64,000 nt of DNA from a virus. The stretch lies in UHGV virus genome UHGV-0179803, one strand, 5' to 3'. The notes beneath the pieces were generated by a model. That model ran no database searches and was not told the origin of the DNA. It saw only the letters and a list, made by a program, of their open reading frames with translations. The position numbers and the translations under genes were made by a program. This document shows, one piece after another, positions 47,246 to 56,551 of this stretch. Numbering within the stretch: position 1 is the first letter of the stretch; every line of letters begins with the position of its first letter.

Positions 47246-48670
47246 GTGTTCTATCCAGTTGAATATGATCCGAAATTACGGATTTTCAATAACCAGGTAG
47301 ACTTCTACGAATTTCTGGCAGAAGCTAATCCAGAAATCAACGTAGGTCTGTCTGCGTTATTACCACCAACCGAATTTGTTGTTGGTGAAAAACACTTCCC
47401 ATGCAGAACGATTGTGGATTTCTTCGAACAGATTGCAGAACAGACTGGATTGCCAATCGACACGGAAGCCTCCACTATCCGTATGGGTGTAATTCTTTTG
47501 TTCTTCACAGAAGACTTGGGTGAGAGCATCTTAACACTTCAAAGCGGTGATGCTCATATTACGCTTACCCCTTCCGTGTTTAAAGAGGTAGATGCTGCTT
47601 CCAAGGTTTCAGTGGCAAAAGGTCATCTGTGGTATCCTGAAGAAATGCCCAGCAAGGTTACCATAAATGATGAGCAATGTGATGTTGTTTATGCAGAGGG
47701 TACTCAAACTTTCACCATTGGGTGGCCTAAGAAACGTTCTCAGGTTGTAAATCCAGGTCTGACTTCCGAACCGATTGTAAGAGAAGAGTGGGAAGAGAGT
47801 CCTAATACGCTACCAAATGAAAGAGCACTTAAAGAAGACGGTACTTTAAAAATGGGAACGGGTGTAAAAGGCACTTATGCTACAGTTACCAGTGATGGGG
47901 TAATTGAATTAGCACTCATTCCAATGATACCTGGTCGTAAAGTATTAGGTCCTGCTGGCGATGATGGTATTTTTACTAAAACAGAAAAAGGCGACGTTTC
48001 TTGTTTCTTTGGTGTGACTAGTTTGAAATATCCGTTAAAAGATGTAATTGGTTTATATGATTCCATTACTTTAGATGTAATTAGTGATGGTACACCTATA
48101 CAAAAAATGGACTTACAATTACATAATGGCGGTTGGTATGACAAAAACGGAGAAATGTTAGAGGGTACTTACCTTGACGAATATACTATTCAAGAAGCCA
48201 CTCGTGTATCATTCTATGCAGAAAGGGGTAGAGAACATAAGTTTGTTTTAAGTGCTACCTCTGGAGAAAACACGGAGAGCATAGAAGTTACCGTTATTGA
48301 TGAGTACGTAGAACCGGATCCTGAACCAGAGCTGGAACCAGAGCCGGACCCGGATACAGGAGTTGACCCAGGACCTGATCCAGAATCATTACCTGAGCCA
48401 GGACCCACTGTGGGAGACAACGGTGAAACTACAGGGCCTGCTGAATCACAGGGTGCGGAGCCAGCTATAATGACAATGAGTATGGAAGAAGCTGCTCCCG
48501 ATAGCGTCGATGCCATCCTACAGCAGGCTGCTGTTTTAGAAGACGAAGCAGACAAGAGTGGCTCTAAAGTGGCTCTTGAAGCATTCGCCAAACAATACGG
48601 TGTGAGCTTAGCTCGAAATAAAACTTTCGCCAATATGATGAAAGATTTCGAAGCAGCTCTTAGAGCATAA
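47246..48670 (+). CDS. structural protein with Pro/Glu/Asp-rich linker (possible capsid fibre or decoration)
   Basis: 474 aa, GTG start with RBS AAAGGAG; EPDPEPELEPEPDPDTGVDPGPDPESLPEPGP low-complexity linker; bounded by terminators. Confidence 0.4.
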   Translation: MFYPVEYDPKLRIFNNQVDFYEFLAEANPEINVGLSALLPPTEFVVGEKHFPCRTIVDFFEQIAEQTGLPIDTEASTIRMGVILLFFTEDLGESILTLQSGDAHITLTPSVFKEVDAASKVSVAKGHLWYPEEMPSKVTINDEQCDVVYAEGTQTFTIGWPKKRSQVVNPGLTSEPIVREEWEESPNTLPNERALKEDGTLKMGTGVKGTYATVTSDGVIELALIPMIPGRKVLGPAGDDGIFTKTEKGDVSCFFGVTSLKYPLKDVIGLYDSITLDVISDGTPIQKMDLQLHNGGWYDKNGEMLEGTYLDEYTIQEATRVSFYAERGREHKFVLSATSGENTESIEVTVIDEYVEPDPEPELEPEPDPDTGVDPGPDPESLPEPGPTVGDNGETTGPAESQGAEPAIMTMSMEEAAPDSVDAILQQAAVLEDEADKSGSKVALEAFAKQYGVSLARNKTFANMMKDFEAALRA

Positions 48671-48692
48671 AATTAAAAATTACACCACTACT

Positions 48693-48730
48693 GGCCCCAC
48701 ACCATTCCCGGTCTGGGGCTTTATTTTTAT
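48693..48730 (+). terminator. rho-independent terminator
   Basis: GCCCCA..TGGGGC hairpin followed by TTTATTTTTAT. Confidence 0.5.
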
Positions 48731-48781
48731 CAGCTTACATGTTATAATAATTAAGTGTTCATAATCCTCAAAGGAGATAGA

Positions 48782-49456
48782 ATGGCGTGGTATGAAGAAG
48801 AAGAGGTAGTCCCTACTCCTGGTGGGGGAGAGCCTGAAAATCCAGATCCTGTAGGGCCAGATGTTGGTGAAGGCGAGGAACCCACAGATCCTGTGCCTGA
48901 GGAACCGGAACTGCCGACTGTACCAGATGAAGATATTGATCCAGATTTTAGTCAAGAAGATTCATTGTCAGCATTCGTTCGTATTCTGCTTGGTAATGTA
49001 TCACCTGAAGTACTTCCACCGGAAACACTGGCTCTGTTTGTAGAAATGGCAGTAATGAAATACGATCTGGAAAACCATCCAGAAAGGTTGCCGAATGTCA
49101 AATATGATGCAATGGTCCAGGCTGTACGCTGGCTGATGGTTCAGGAAGTTGCGAGCGGTGAGTCCAGCATCAGTTCTCGTCTGGAAAAAGTTGGTGATGA
49201 AACTATCGAAGTCCGTATAGGTCAGACTACATGGCAAGGCTGGAAAGACTTCCTTGACTGGCTGGTTGCCAATCCAGATTATGTTGACTCTGAACTGGAT
49301 TCCTGTGGCAGACTGGTTATCATCGGTGGTGTGCGTGAAGATGAGTTCCAGAGAGTCAAACGTAATAGAAACAGTGTTTGTGGCTTTGATGTTTCTGGTA
49401 TCACACCTATGAGTGGTTTACATGGACAACCAAAAAGATACCCATCTCGCAGGTAA
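48782..49456 (+). CDS. hypothetical structural protein (acidic Pro-rich N-terminus)
   Basis: start MAWYEEEE with RBS AAAGGAG (track start 48755 over-extended); N-terminal PENPDPVGPDVGEGEEPTDPVPEEPELP. Confidence 0.4.
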   Translation: MAWYEEEEVVPTPGGGEPENPDPVGPDVGEGEEPTDPVPEEPELPTVPDEDIDPDFSQEDSLSAFVRILLGNVSPEVLPPETLALFVEMAVMKYDLENHPERLPNVKYDAMVQAVRWLMVQEVASGESSISSRLEKVGDETIEVRIGQTTWQGWKDFLDWLVANPDYVDSELDSCGRLVIIGGVREDEFQRVKRNRNSVCGFDVSGITPMSGLHGQPKRYPSRR

Positions 49457-49471
49457 TTTGCTAAATTAGTA

Positions 49472-49500
49472 TTGAAAATTGTTGCAGCCTGTGGTATAAT
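49472..49500 (+). promoter_or_regulatory. sigma70-type promoter with extended -10
   Basis: TTGAAA 49472-49477, 17-nt spacer, TGGTATAAT 49492-49500. Confidence 0.5.
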
Positions 49501-49518
49501 TTATCTATTGGGGGCAAA

Positions 49519-49986
49519 GTGCTTAGAGTAAAATGCACTTCTAAAACCAATTTTAAGCCGCTTGAAAGGTTCCACAGGGAACTTATTAAGTTGGAAAGTA
49601 AAACAATCTCCTATGGATTCTACGACGAAGAACATTACTCCGGCCTGAATATGGCAACACTGGCTGCAATTCATAACTTTGGCTGGAATGGTCTTCCGGT
49701 TCGTAACTTCATGGAAACTGCTTTCGTATTTTATAATGCGGAACTCTCCAAGCAGATGGAACGACTGCTCCGCGCGATGGCGCGTGGGGCAAGTCCAGAT
49801 ACTATCCTGAAGCAAATCGGTAAAGGCGGGGCTGAGGCCATTAAGTTTGTTATCGAGGCGGGGATGTTCAGCAATCCAAAGGTTAGCGAACAGTGGGCGC
49901 AAGAAAAAGGCTTTAACGAAGCTATGCGTCATTATGATGTGTTGCTTGAGTCAGCAACCTTCAAAATCGGACAATTAAAAGACTAA
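49519..49986 (+). CDS. head-tail joining / virion morphogenesis protein (putative)
   Basis: 155-aa ORF between head and tail modules; positional inference. Confidence 0.3.
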   Translation: MLRVKCTSKTNFKPLERFHRELIKLESKTISYGFYDEEHYSGLNMATLAAIHNFGWNGLPVRNFMETAFVFYNAELSKQMERLLRAMARGASPDTILKQIGKGGAEAIKFVIEAGMFSNPKVSEQWAQEKGFNEAMRHYDVLLESATFKIGQLKD

Positions 49987-49996
49987 TGGAGGTTGA

Positions 49997-50434
49997 ATGG
50001 CTGTAGGCTACAGATTGATTGGTAAAAATAAATTAATTCCGAGAAAGACTTTTAAAGGTCGTCACAGAACGCTTAAACGCATTGATAACAGCCCTTTTGC
50101 TAACAAAGGTGTTGAGCTTGAGATAGAAGAGTTCGATGTTTTAGAATGCGTTATGCAGCCTTTAACAGGCCGTGCGGCTAAAGACTACTCCTCGCAAATT
50201 AACCCCGAAGGTGGCAGACAATACGAAGCGTATACAGTTTACTCTTCTGTACGTCTACGTAACCCCGACGAAGGGGAATATCAACTTGCAGATCAGATCC
50301 AGTTGCCAAACCTGCATGGTGAGTTAACATGGTTCACTGTTCTGAAATGCGATCAATATCATACATCAGGTGTGGAAAGATACCGCTCCTATGTTGTGGA
50401 AGAACCCGCAAATAACGAAGGAGACACAATCTGA
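49997..50434 (+). CDS. neck / tail completion protein (putative)
   Basis: 145-aa ORF, tightly coupled to neighbours. Confidence 0.3.
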   Translation: MAVGYRLIGKNKLIPRKTFKGRHRTLKRIDNSPFANKGVELEIEEFDVLECVMQPLTGRAAKDYSSQINPEGGRQYEAYTVYSSVRLRNPDEGEYQLADQIQLPNLHGELTWFTVLKCDQYHTSGVERYRSYVVEEPANNEGDTI

Positions 50435-50982
50435 TGGAAGAGTTTGAAAAAGTTTTTAGCGATCTGGAGGAAATTGTTGCTAAGATGGCAAGAGTTGCCA
50501 CAGGCAGACGTGTCATCATGGGTGATCAGGAGATCATTCCGAAACCAGATGGTGAGTTTATCCTTCTTGAAACGATGGGTATTCAGCCACACATCTGGGA
50601 AGACAATGAATTCCAGACCGAAGAGGGTGTTGCTTACGTTACCCACAACTACACAGTTACCTATATGTTAACTGCCTATCGTGGTAAAGCGTATGCAGCA
50701 TTGTCCAGATTATTGCAAGCAATAAACCTTCCGATGTTTTACGATAAATTCTTTCCTGATGGTTCTATGTACGCCTATTCTTCGGCCTCTACAATCTCAC
50801 CTCTGCGAGTACCGATGAATAAGCAAGCATATGAGGTAAGAGCCACGGTAATGATGACGTTTAACGTCAGGTTTATTGAGACTGACATGGCAGCGTTCGA
50901 AGATCTTCAGGGCATCGAAGCTGAGCTTCATGTTCTCCACCCTGCTGATGACAGTCAAGCGGTTATCGACCCTGGTCAGTAA
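50434..50982 (+). CDS. neck / tail completion protein (putative)
   Basis: 182-aa ORF, start overlaps upstream stop. Confidence 0.3.
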   Translation: MEEFEKVFSDLEEIVAKMARVATGRRVIMGDQEIIPKPDGEFILLETMGIQPHIWEDNEFQTEEGVAYVTHNYTVTYMLTAYRGKAYAALSRLLQAINLPMFYDKFFPDGSMYAYSSASTISPLRVPMNKQAYEVRATVMMTFNVRFIETDMAAFEDLQGIEAELHVLHPADDSQAVIDPGQ

Positions 50983-51054
50983 TCGTTCTCCATGTAGCGT
51001 AATGATTATGCTACTTGTTAATATCCTGTGCACAAGATATTGAAGAGGAAACAA

Positions 51055-52443
51055 ATGCCTTACAATGATAAAGTTGTCGATGTGCAAGTAAACCTGGGTA
51101 CACAGCCGATTGACACAGTAGGCTTCGAAACTCCCCTGTTTATTGCCATCCACAATAATTTTACTGAACGCGCTCGCGTTTACGCTGAACTCGATCAGTT
51201 AGTTGACGATGGTTTTGCACCAGGTAGTGCTGCTCACACCTTCGCTTCTAACGCTTTCGGTGGTGAGTTTCCGCCACAATACATTGTCATTGGTCGTCAG
51301 GCTGCAACAGAAACTGTTGTTGACTTTGTTGGTGGTGTATTCCCAGCTGAATCTGAAGTTATCGTAAACGTAGCAATCCCTAATTATGATCGTGCCGTAG
51401 TCATCCAAGTTGGTGGTGGTACTGCTGCTACAGCAATTGCTGAGGCTCTGGCTACAGCGATCACTGAAGATGAAACCTTGTCAGGTGCTGGCGTAACTGC
51501 TACCGCTGGGGAAGGTAAAGTTACCGTTACAGGGGCTACCGTAGGCTACAGTGCTGGCGATTTCAAAATCGAAAATAAATCTGATGAAACTCCGCAGACG
51601 ATTATCGATGAAATCAATGACGCGAACAACAACTGGTATTTCCTGTGTGCCGAAGATCACAGCACTACTGCTATCACAGCTCTTGCAAAATGGGCACAAG
51701 CTAACTACAAACTCCATGTTTACTCCACTGCTGATGAAGATGCAATGGGCGTAGAAGGGGGTATCGGTTACGCTCTCAAACTGCTCCAGATTGATAATAC
51801 CATAGGTATGTGGGATCCGCGTGCTAACATGGACTTCCCAGAAGGTGGTATCATCGGTGCAATGGCATCCAATGACCCGTCATATGGTGATAGCTTACAC
51901 CTGAAAAAAATGCCAGGCATTACTCCTCCGAACATGAGTATCGGACAGAGAATGGCATTGTGGGATAATAACCTGAACTTCTACAGAATGATCAATGGTG
52001 TTGGTTGCTTCTGGGAAGGTAAATGCGCTTCAGGCCAATATGCTGACGTAATCAGATTCTCCCACTGGATCAAATTCCGTTCCGAAGAATCTATGTTTGG
52101 CTACATGCATCGCAGATCCAATATAGGCATGAGCATGAAAATGTCTGATGATGACCTGCCTGTTATTAAATCTGTTCTGATGAACGACCCGATCAACGTT
52201 GGTATCACCAACGGTGCTATCCTGACCGGATATGACGAAGAAAATAGTGTGTTCTATGATCCGATTATCACTGTTCCGAAACGTGCTAACATCCCTACCA
52301 ATCAGCTGGCTGCTCGCACTTTGGAAGGTGTTAAAGTAGAACTGGTCTATAACAACGCTCTGCACTTTGTTAAAATCCGTATCAATGTCCTGCTGGACAA
52401 AACGGGTACTACCGGCACAAGTGCTCAGGCAATGACTGCATAA
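51055..52443 (+). CDS. tail sheath-like major tail protein (putative)
   Basis: about 462 aa from ATG 51055 (RBS GAGGAAA), followed 12 nt later by a 157-aa ORF: sheath/tube size pair; optimized codons; family not verified. Confidence 0.45.
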   Translation: MPYNDKVVDVQVNLGTQPIDTVGFETPLFIAIHNNFTERARVYAELDQLVDDGFAPGSAAHTFASNAFGGEFPPQYIVIGRQAATETVVDFVGGVFPAESEVIVNVAIPNYDRAVVIQVGGGTAATAIAEALATAITEDETLSGAGVTATAGEGKVTVTGATVGYSAGDFKIENKSDETPQTIIDEINDANNNWYFLCAEDHSTTAITALAKWAQANYKLHVYSTADEDAMGVEGGIGYALKLLQIDNTIGMWDPRANMDFPEGGIIGAMASNDPSYGDSLHLKKMPGITPPNMSIGQRMALWDNNLNFYRMINGVGCFWEGKCASGQYADVIRFSHWIKFRSEESMFGYMHRRSNIGMSMKMSDDDLPVIKSVLMNDPINVGITNGAILTGYDEENSVFYDPIITVPKRANIPTNQLAARTLEGVKVELVYNNALHFVKIRINVLLDKTGTTGTSAQAMTA

Positions 52444-52454
52444 CAGGAGGGTAA

Positions 52455-52928
52455 ATGGTCACAGATATTTTAACACCTTATGCATATGACCCGAAAAAGG
52501 TTCGTCTCTACTTGATGACTCAGAGAGTATTCGGTTTTGCAGCGGATACAAAAATTGTTGTTTCTCGTAACGAGGACAATATTTACCCGCATATGGGCGT
52601 GGATGGTGAACTAAGTGCAGCTTTATCCCGTAACCAATCTGGTGTAATGACTGTATCTTTACAGAACACCTCCGCATGGAACGCCTACCTGTCAGACTGG
52701 CAGAAACAAGCATCTATCACAGGTCTTGTATTCTTCCCAGTGCTGCTGGAAGGTAGCCAGGGGCCAGGCATCAGCACTATTGGCTGGATTCAGAAACAAC
52801 CTGATCTGACTTATGGTACTGAAGTTGCCCAACTTGACTGGGAAATCGGCGTACTGGATTGCTGGTTAAACAAAGACAACATCGAATCTGCAATGATGGG
52901 ACTTGCAGGTTTAACTGGTATCATTTAA
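52455..52928 (+). CDS. tail tube-like protein (putative)
   Basis: 157-aa ORF directly after sheath-like gene, terminator downstream. Confidence 0.45.
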   Translation: MVTDILTPYAYDPKKVRLYLMTQRVFGFAADTKIVVSRNEDNIYPHMGVDGELSAALSRNQSGVMTVSLQNTSAWNAYLSDWQKQASITGLVFFPVLLEGSQGPGISTIGWIQKQPDLTYGTEVAQLDWEIGVLDCWLNKDNIESAMMGLAGLTGII

Positions 52929-52935
52929 TGCTACA

Positions 52936-52960
52936 GGCCACCTTCGGGTGGCCTTTCTTG
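52936..52960 (+). terminator. rho-independent terminator
   Basis: GGCCACC-TTCG-GGTGGCC followed by TTTCTTGTTT. Confidence 0.7.
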
Positions 52961-52970
52961 TTTATAAGGT

Positions 52971-53000
52971 TTGACAAAAGTTGGTGTTTTGTGGTATAGT
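52971..53000 (+). promoter_or_regulatory. sigma70-type promoter with extended -10
   Basis: TTGACA 52971-52976, 18-nt spacer, TGGTATAGT 52992-53000. Confidence 0.5.
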
Positions 53001-53033
53001 TCCTTTGTGTTTAAAATTACTAGGAGTTTACAG

Positions 53034-54560
53034 ATGGCTGGAAAATGTTACACTAAAAAAGAATGGCTAACAGCTGTCTTCAAAGAAAACCCTGAGTTTG
53101 AAGAAATGTACGATTACAGTCAAACTGAGTACAAAGGCAGTAGAGAAAAAGTGAGCATTATTTGCAAAAAACATGGTGCGTTTTCTGTAGAAGCAAATGC
53201 TCATAGAAAAGGAGAGGGATGCAAAGAATGCTACCTTGAGCGTAAACGTGGAAACAAGGAAGAATTCGTTGAAAAAGCTAAAGAAGTGCATGGGGTGCGT
53301 TACAACTACTCTAAGGTTGTGTATAAAGACAGAGTGACAAAAGTAGATATCATCTGCCCTGATCACGGAGTGTTCTCACAAAAACCTAGCAAACATTTGA
53401 GAGGACAGGGCTGCCCCCATTGTGCTAACATGGCTCGTGGTAGAAAAAGAAGAAACTCTTTTGAGGAAGTAGTGGAACAGGCCAAAGAGGTCCACAAAGA
53501 TAAATACGTTTACAAAGGTATGTTTTACGATGAAAGGAAGAAAGGTATTCTTAATATTAAATGTTCAAGGTGTGGATCAGAGTTCCAACAACCTGTGAAA
53601 GACCATGTACACCAAAATCATGGGTGTAGACATTGTGCAAAACTAACCTCAAGAGTGGAAGAATCTGTCTTTGACTTCATAAAAACTATCTGCCCAGACG
53701 CGGAGCAGTCTGATCGCACTATCCTGGATGATGGCAAAGAGTTAGATATCTATGTCCCATCAAAGCGTGTGGCGATTGAAGTCAATGGTATCTTCTGGCA
53801 TGGAGACAATCATAAGCCTAGGGATTATCATTACAAAAAATGGTTAGCCTGTAAAGAGAAAGGTATTCGTCTGATCCAGATCACAGATTATGATTGGAAT
53901 AACAACCAAAAAGTGTTTAGCCAGTTGCTGGCTCATGCCTTGGGGTGCAATAGTGAGCGTAAAGTGAATGCTAGGGAATGCGAAGTGGTGCATCTCAAAT
54001 CAACAGAGTGCAAAGAGTTTTACAACGCTTACCACCCACAAGGCCATTCTCCTAACCCAATTAATCTGGCCTTGAAAACGAAAGAAGGGGAAATTGTAGC
54101 GATCATGAGCTTTGGTTATGGTAAAACTACAAGGGGTCAGGCCAGAGCTAACGGTACGACTAAAGCAACATGGGAGTTATCAAGATTTGCATCAAGCTGC
54201 TCTGTTCGTGGTGGGGCATCTCGACTGTTTAAAACGTTCATCAGAGAGAACAATCCAGAAGAGGTTAGCTCATTCAGCATGAATGACTACTTCGCTGGTG
54301 GGGTTTACGAAGTGTTAGGATTTGTTGCGGAGACGTATGGCAAACCAGACTACAGAGTGTTCCATCCGTTCAGCGGGTTACGCCACAAATCATACTGGCA
54401 ACGCCGTAATATCCCGAAACGTTTGAAAGAACTGGGTAAAGAAGAATTAAACTTTGACCCAGAAATTGATCAGCGTACAGAGCGGGAGATAGAGGATTTG
54501 GTTGGTGCTATCCGGTTGTGGGACAGCGGCAAGATCAAATGGGTATGGAAAGCTGAGTAA
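53034..54560 (+). CDS. free-standing nuclease-like protein: Zn-ribbon repeats plus PD-(D/E)xK (Vsr/DUF559-like) domain
   Basis: three repeats of C..HG.F......H..G.GC..C (e.g. ICPDHGVFSQKPSKHLRGQGCPHCA); DIYVPSKRVAIEVNGIFWHG fits D..E.NG..WH nuclease core; own promoter and terminator. Confidence 0.5.
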   Translation: MAGKCYTKKEWLTAVFKENPEFEEMYDYSQTEYKGSREKVSIICKKHGAFSVEANAHRKGEGCKECYLERKRGNKEEFVEKAKEVHGVRYNYSKVVYKDRVTKVDIICPDHGVFSQKPSKHLRGQGCPHCANMARGRKRRNSFEEVVEQAKEVHKDKYVYKGMFYDERKKGILNIKCSRCGSEFQQPVKDHVHQNHGCRHCAKLTSRVEESVFDFIKTICPDAEQSDRTILDDGKELDIYVPSKRVAIEVNGIFWHGDNHKPRDYHYKKWLACKEKGIRLIQITDYDWNNNQKVFSQLLAHALGCNSERKVNARECEVVHLKSTECKEFYNAYHPQGHSPNPINLALKTKEGEIVAIMSFGYGKTTRGQARANGTTKATWELSRFASSCSVRGGASRLFKTFIRENNPEEVSSFSMNDYFAGGVYEVLGFVAETYGKPDYRVFHPFSGLRHKSYWQRRNIPKRLKELGKEELNFDPEIDQRTEREIEDLVGAIRLWDSGKIKWVWKAE

Positions 54561-54564
54561 TCAT

Positions 54565-54590
54565 AAGCCTCTTCGGAGGCTTTTCTGTCT
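54565..54590 (+). terminator. rho-independent terminator
   Basis: AAGCCTC-TTCG-GAGGCTT followed by TTCTGTCT. Confidence 0.6.
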
Positions 54591-54593
54591 ACA

Positions 54594-54622
54594 TTGACAA
54601 AAAGTGAGTACAATGTTATAAT
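54594..54622 (+). promoter_or_regulatory. sigma70 consensus promoter
   Basis: TTGACA 54594-54599, 17-nt spacer, TATAAT 54617-54622. Confidence 0.55.
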
Positions 54623-54701
54623 AAATCTATATAATAACGTGGTGGTGACAGTTGTCTAAAATCGCATATCTGAATGCTTTTCATAAGAGGATAATAAAGA
54701 A

Positions 54702-55844
54702 ATGACAGATATCTACAACGATAAAGTTGTACACGCCGAGGTGGCTCTTGGTAAAGACGCTGCATCGGGTGGCAACAGGACTTCTCTGGATAAAGAGGCT
54801 TTACGAAGTTATGTTCTTGCTGCTAGAGAGGCGGCTAACAAAGCTAAAGTGGCTTCAGAAGAGGCAGCTTTATCACGAGACGCTTCCCAAGCAAACGCTA
54901 ACAATGCATCGATTTCCGCAACCAATGCACAAGATAGTGCAGATCGTGCAGAATCAGCAGCTAACGCAGCCGAATTATCTTCCTCTTCTGCTGAGGGCAG
55001 TGCAACTGCCGCTGCCTTATCTGCAACGCAAGCATCCGCTGATGCATCTACAGCAACACAAGCAAAAGATGACGCTGTTGCAGCCTCTGGTGTGGCAACC
55101 CAACAAGCAGCAAATGCTGAATCATCTGCCGATACATCCGCTGAAAGTGCAGATGCAGCAGCAGCAAGTGCCGCTTCTGCTCAAGGATCTGCAACTTCTG
55201 CTTCCGGTTCTGCCACGACTGCAACAGAGAAAGCAACAGCAGCGAACAAATCTGCCACCGCAGCAAAAACGTCAGAGACTAATGCCAAAACCTCTGAAAC
55301 CAACGCCGCAAGCTCAGCTAGTGCAGCATCCGTTTCAGAAAGCAATGCTTCTGATTCTGCAACAGCAGCAGAGTCTTCAGCGACTTCTGCAAGATCGAGT
55401 GCTTCAAGTGCATCGACAAGCGCCAGCACAGCCACTACTAAAGCGAACGAAGCTGCAACCAGCGCCACTGATGCTGCTAACAGTGCCAAATCCGCTTCTA
55501 ATAGTGCATCAACTGCGACAACAAAAGCAGGTGAAGCAAGTAAGTCAGCAACAGATGCTGCAAATTCAGCAAGCTCTGCTTCAGCAAGCAAAGATGCTGC
55601 TGCTGCCTCAGCCAGCGCCGCAGCTACCAGCGAAACCAAAGCAAAAGCCAGTGAAACTGCTGCTGCAAGCTCTGCTTCTTCGGCAGCCACCAAAGCATCC
55701 GAGGCTGCAACATCTGCCACTAACGCAGCAAAAAGTGCATCAGACGCTGCAAATAGTGTGGAGGAGGTAAAAGCACAGTTCGAACAGCGCCTTACTGAAC
55801 TTGAGGCAAGAATTGCTGCTCTTGAGGGTGCTAAAAATAATTGA
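54702..55844 (+). CDS. Ala/Ser/Thr-rich fibrous protein resembling the low-complexity shaft of side-tail-fibre (Stf) proteins
   Basis: 380 aa; repeats such as AAKTSETNAKTSETNAASSASAAS and SASTATTKAGEASKSATDAANSA; short C-terminal coiled coil; no receptor-binding domain; own promoter and terminator. Confidence 0.55.
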   Translation: MTDIYNDKVVHAEVALGKDAASGGNRTSLDKEALRSYVLAAREAANKAKVASEEAALSRDASQANANNASISATNAQDSADRAESAANAAELSSSSAEGSATAAALSATQASADASTATQAKDDAVAASGVATQQAANAESSADTSAESADAAAASAASAQGSATSASGSATTATEKATAANKSATAAKTSETNAKTSETNAASSASAASVSESNASDSATAAESSATSARSSASSASTSASTATTKANEAATSATDAANSAKSASNSASTATTKAGEASKSATDAANSASSASASKDAAAASASAAATSETKAKASETAAASSASSAATKASEAATSATNAAKSASDAANSVEEVKAQFEQRLTELEARIAALEGAKNN

Positions 55845-55868
55845 CACAAAAACCGCTTGATGTATTAT

Positions 55869-55897
55869 GCCTCCAACAAACAAGTTGGGGGCTTTTG
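55869..55897 (+). terminator. rho-independent terminator
   Basis: GCCTCCAAC..GTTGGGGGC hairpin followed by TTTTGCT. Confidence 0.5.
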
Positions 55898-56011
55898 CTA
55901 TGAAACACTTTGAAGAGACTTAGGGTTGCATCTTTTGGATTATTGCAACACTGATGATCGGTCTGTTCTTTGTTGTACCTGGTGTGGAGGCTGCACGGAC
56001 TATGCACCTTG

Positions 56012-56040
56012 TTGACAAAAAGAAAGTACAATGCTATAAT
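56012..56040 (+). promoter_or_regulatory. sigma70 consensus promoter
   Basis: TTGACA 56012-56017, 17-nt spacer, TATAAT 56035-56040. Confidence 0.55.
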
Positions 56041-56086
56041 AAACCTATGCGATAACGCATAACAACTAACTTAAGGGTAACGAGAA

Positions 56087-56551
56087 ATGCCAAACTTTAG
56101 ACCTACTACAGAAATAGATTTAGTCGGACATAACTTCATCATAACCCATTGGTCCCCGATGGTGTGTATGCATAACCTGCCAAAGATTGGTAGGATTATC
56201 GCTGTGCCGATGGGAGCTATTGGTGGTGAATTACTTAATGGTGGGAGAAATTTAGCAGAAGTGCTCCCAACAGCCTTAGTCTATCTGTTCGAACAACTTG
56301 ATGACCAATCTATTGACGAACTGTTTAAAATCCTCTTCAGCGATGTTACAGTAGACGGTGTGGACAAGGTGGATCCTGATAAACTCTTTACTGGCAATCT
56401 GTTTGCAATGCTTAAACTGGCTGGTAAGGTGCTGGAGGTAAATTACGGATCTTTTTTCACGCAAGAAGGTTTAGACGGCCTGATGTCGATGTTGCAGGGA
56501 CTGCAAATGGCGAATCAGATCAACAGTCTGGACCAGGAAACTCAGGAATAA
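56087..56551 (+). CDS. tail assembly chaperone (G-like)
   Basis: 154-aa ORF immediately upstream of tape measure gene; contains in-register slippery heptamer; -1 frame ORF 56563..56808 follows. Confidence 0.6.
   Translation: MPNFRPTTEIDLVGHNFIITHWSPMVCMHNLPKIGRIIAVPMGAIGGELLNGGRNLAEVLPTALVYLFEQLDDQSIDELFKILFSDVTVDGVDKVDPDKLFTGNLFAMLKLAGKVLEVNYGSFFTQEGLDGLMSMLQGLQMANQINSLDQETQE
56452..56458 (+). other. -1 programmed ribosomal frameshift slippery site T_TTT_TTC
   Basis: heptamer in zero-frame register (codons TTT TTC = FF of GSFFTQ); the -1 frame is open from here to stop at 56806-56808, predicting a ~240-aa G-T-like fusion. Confidence 0.5.

Noticed and set aside
54727-55770. 347-aa Gln/Leu/Pro-rich ORF on the plus strand, and 222-aa minus-strand ORF 55181..55849
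   Set aside because: Alternative-frame and antisense read-throughs of the low-complexity GC-biased Ala/Ser/Thr repeat gene 54702..55844; the frame with RBS, promoter and sensible start is the Ala/Ser/Thr one.
55913-56070. Short Cys-rich or hydrophobic micro-ORFs between the Stf-like terminator and the chaperone promoter
   Set aside because: Overlap the consensus promoter at 56012-56040 and lack convincing RBS; too speculative to call.
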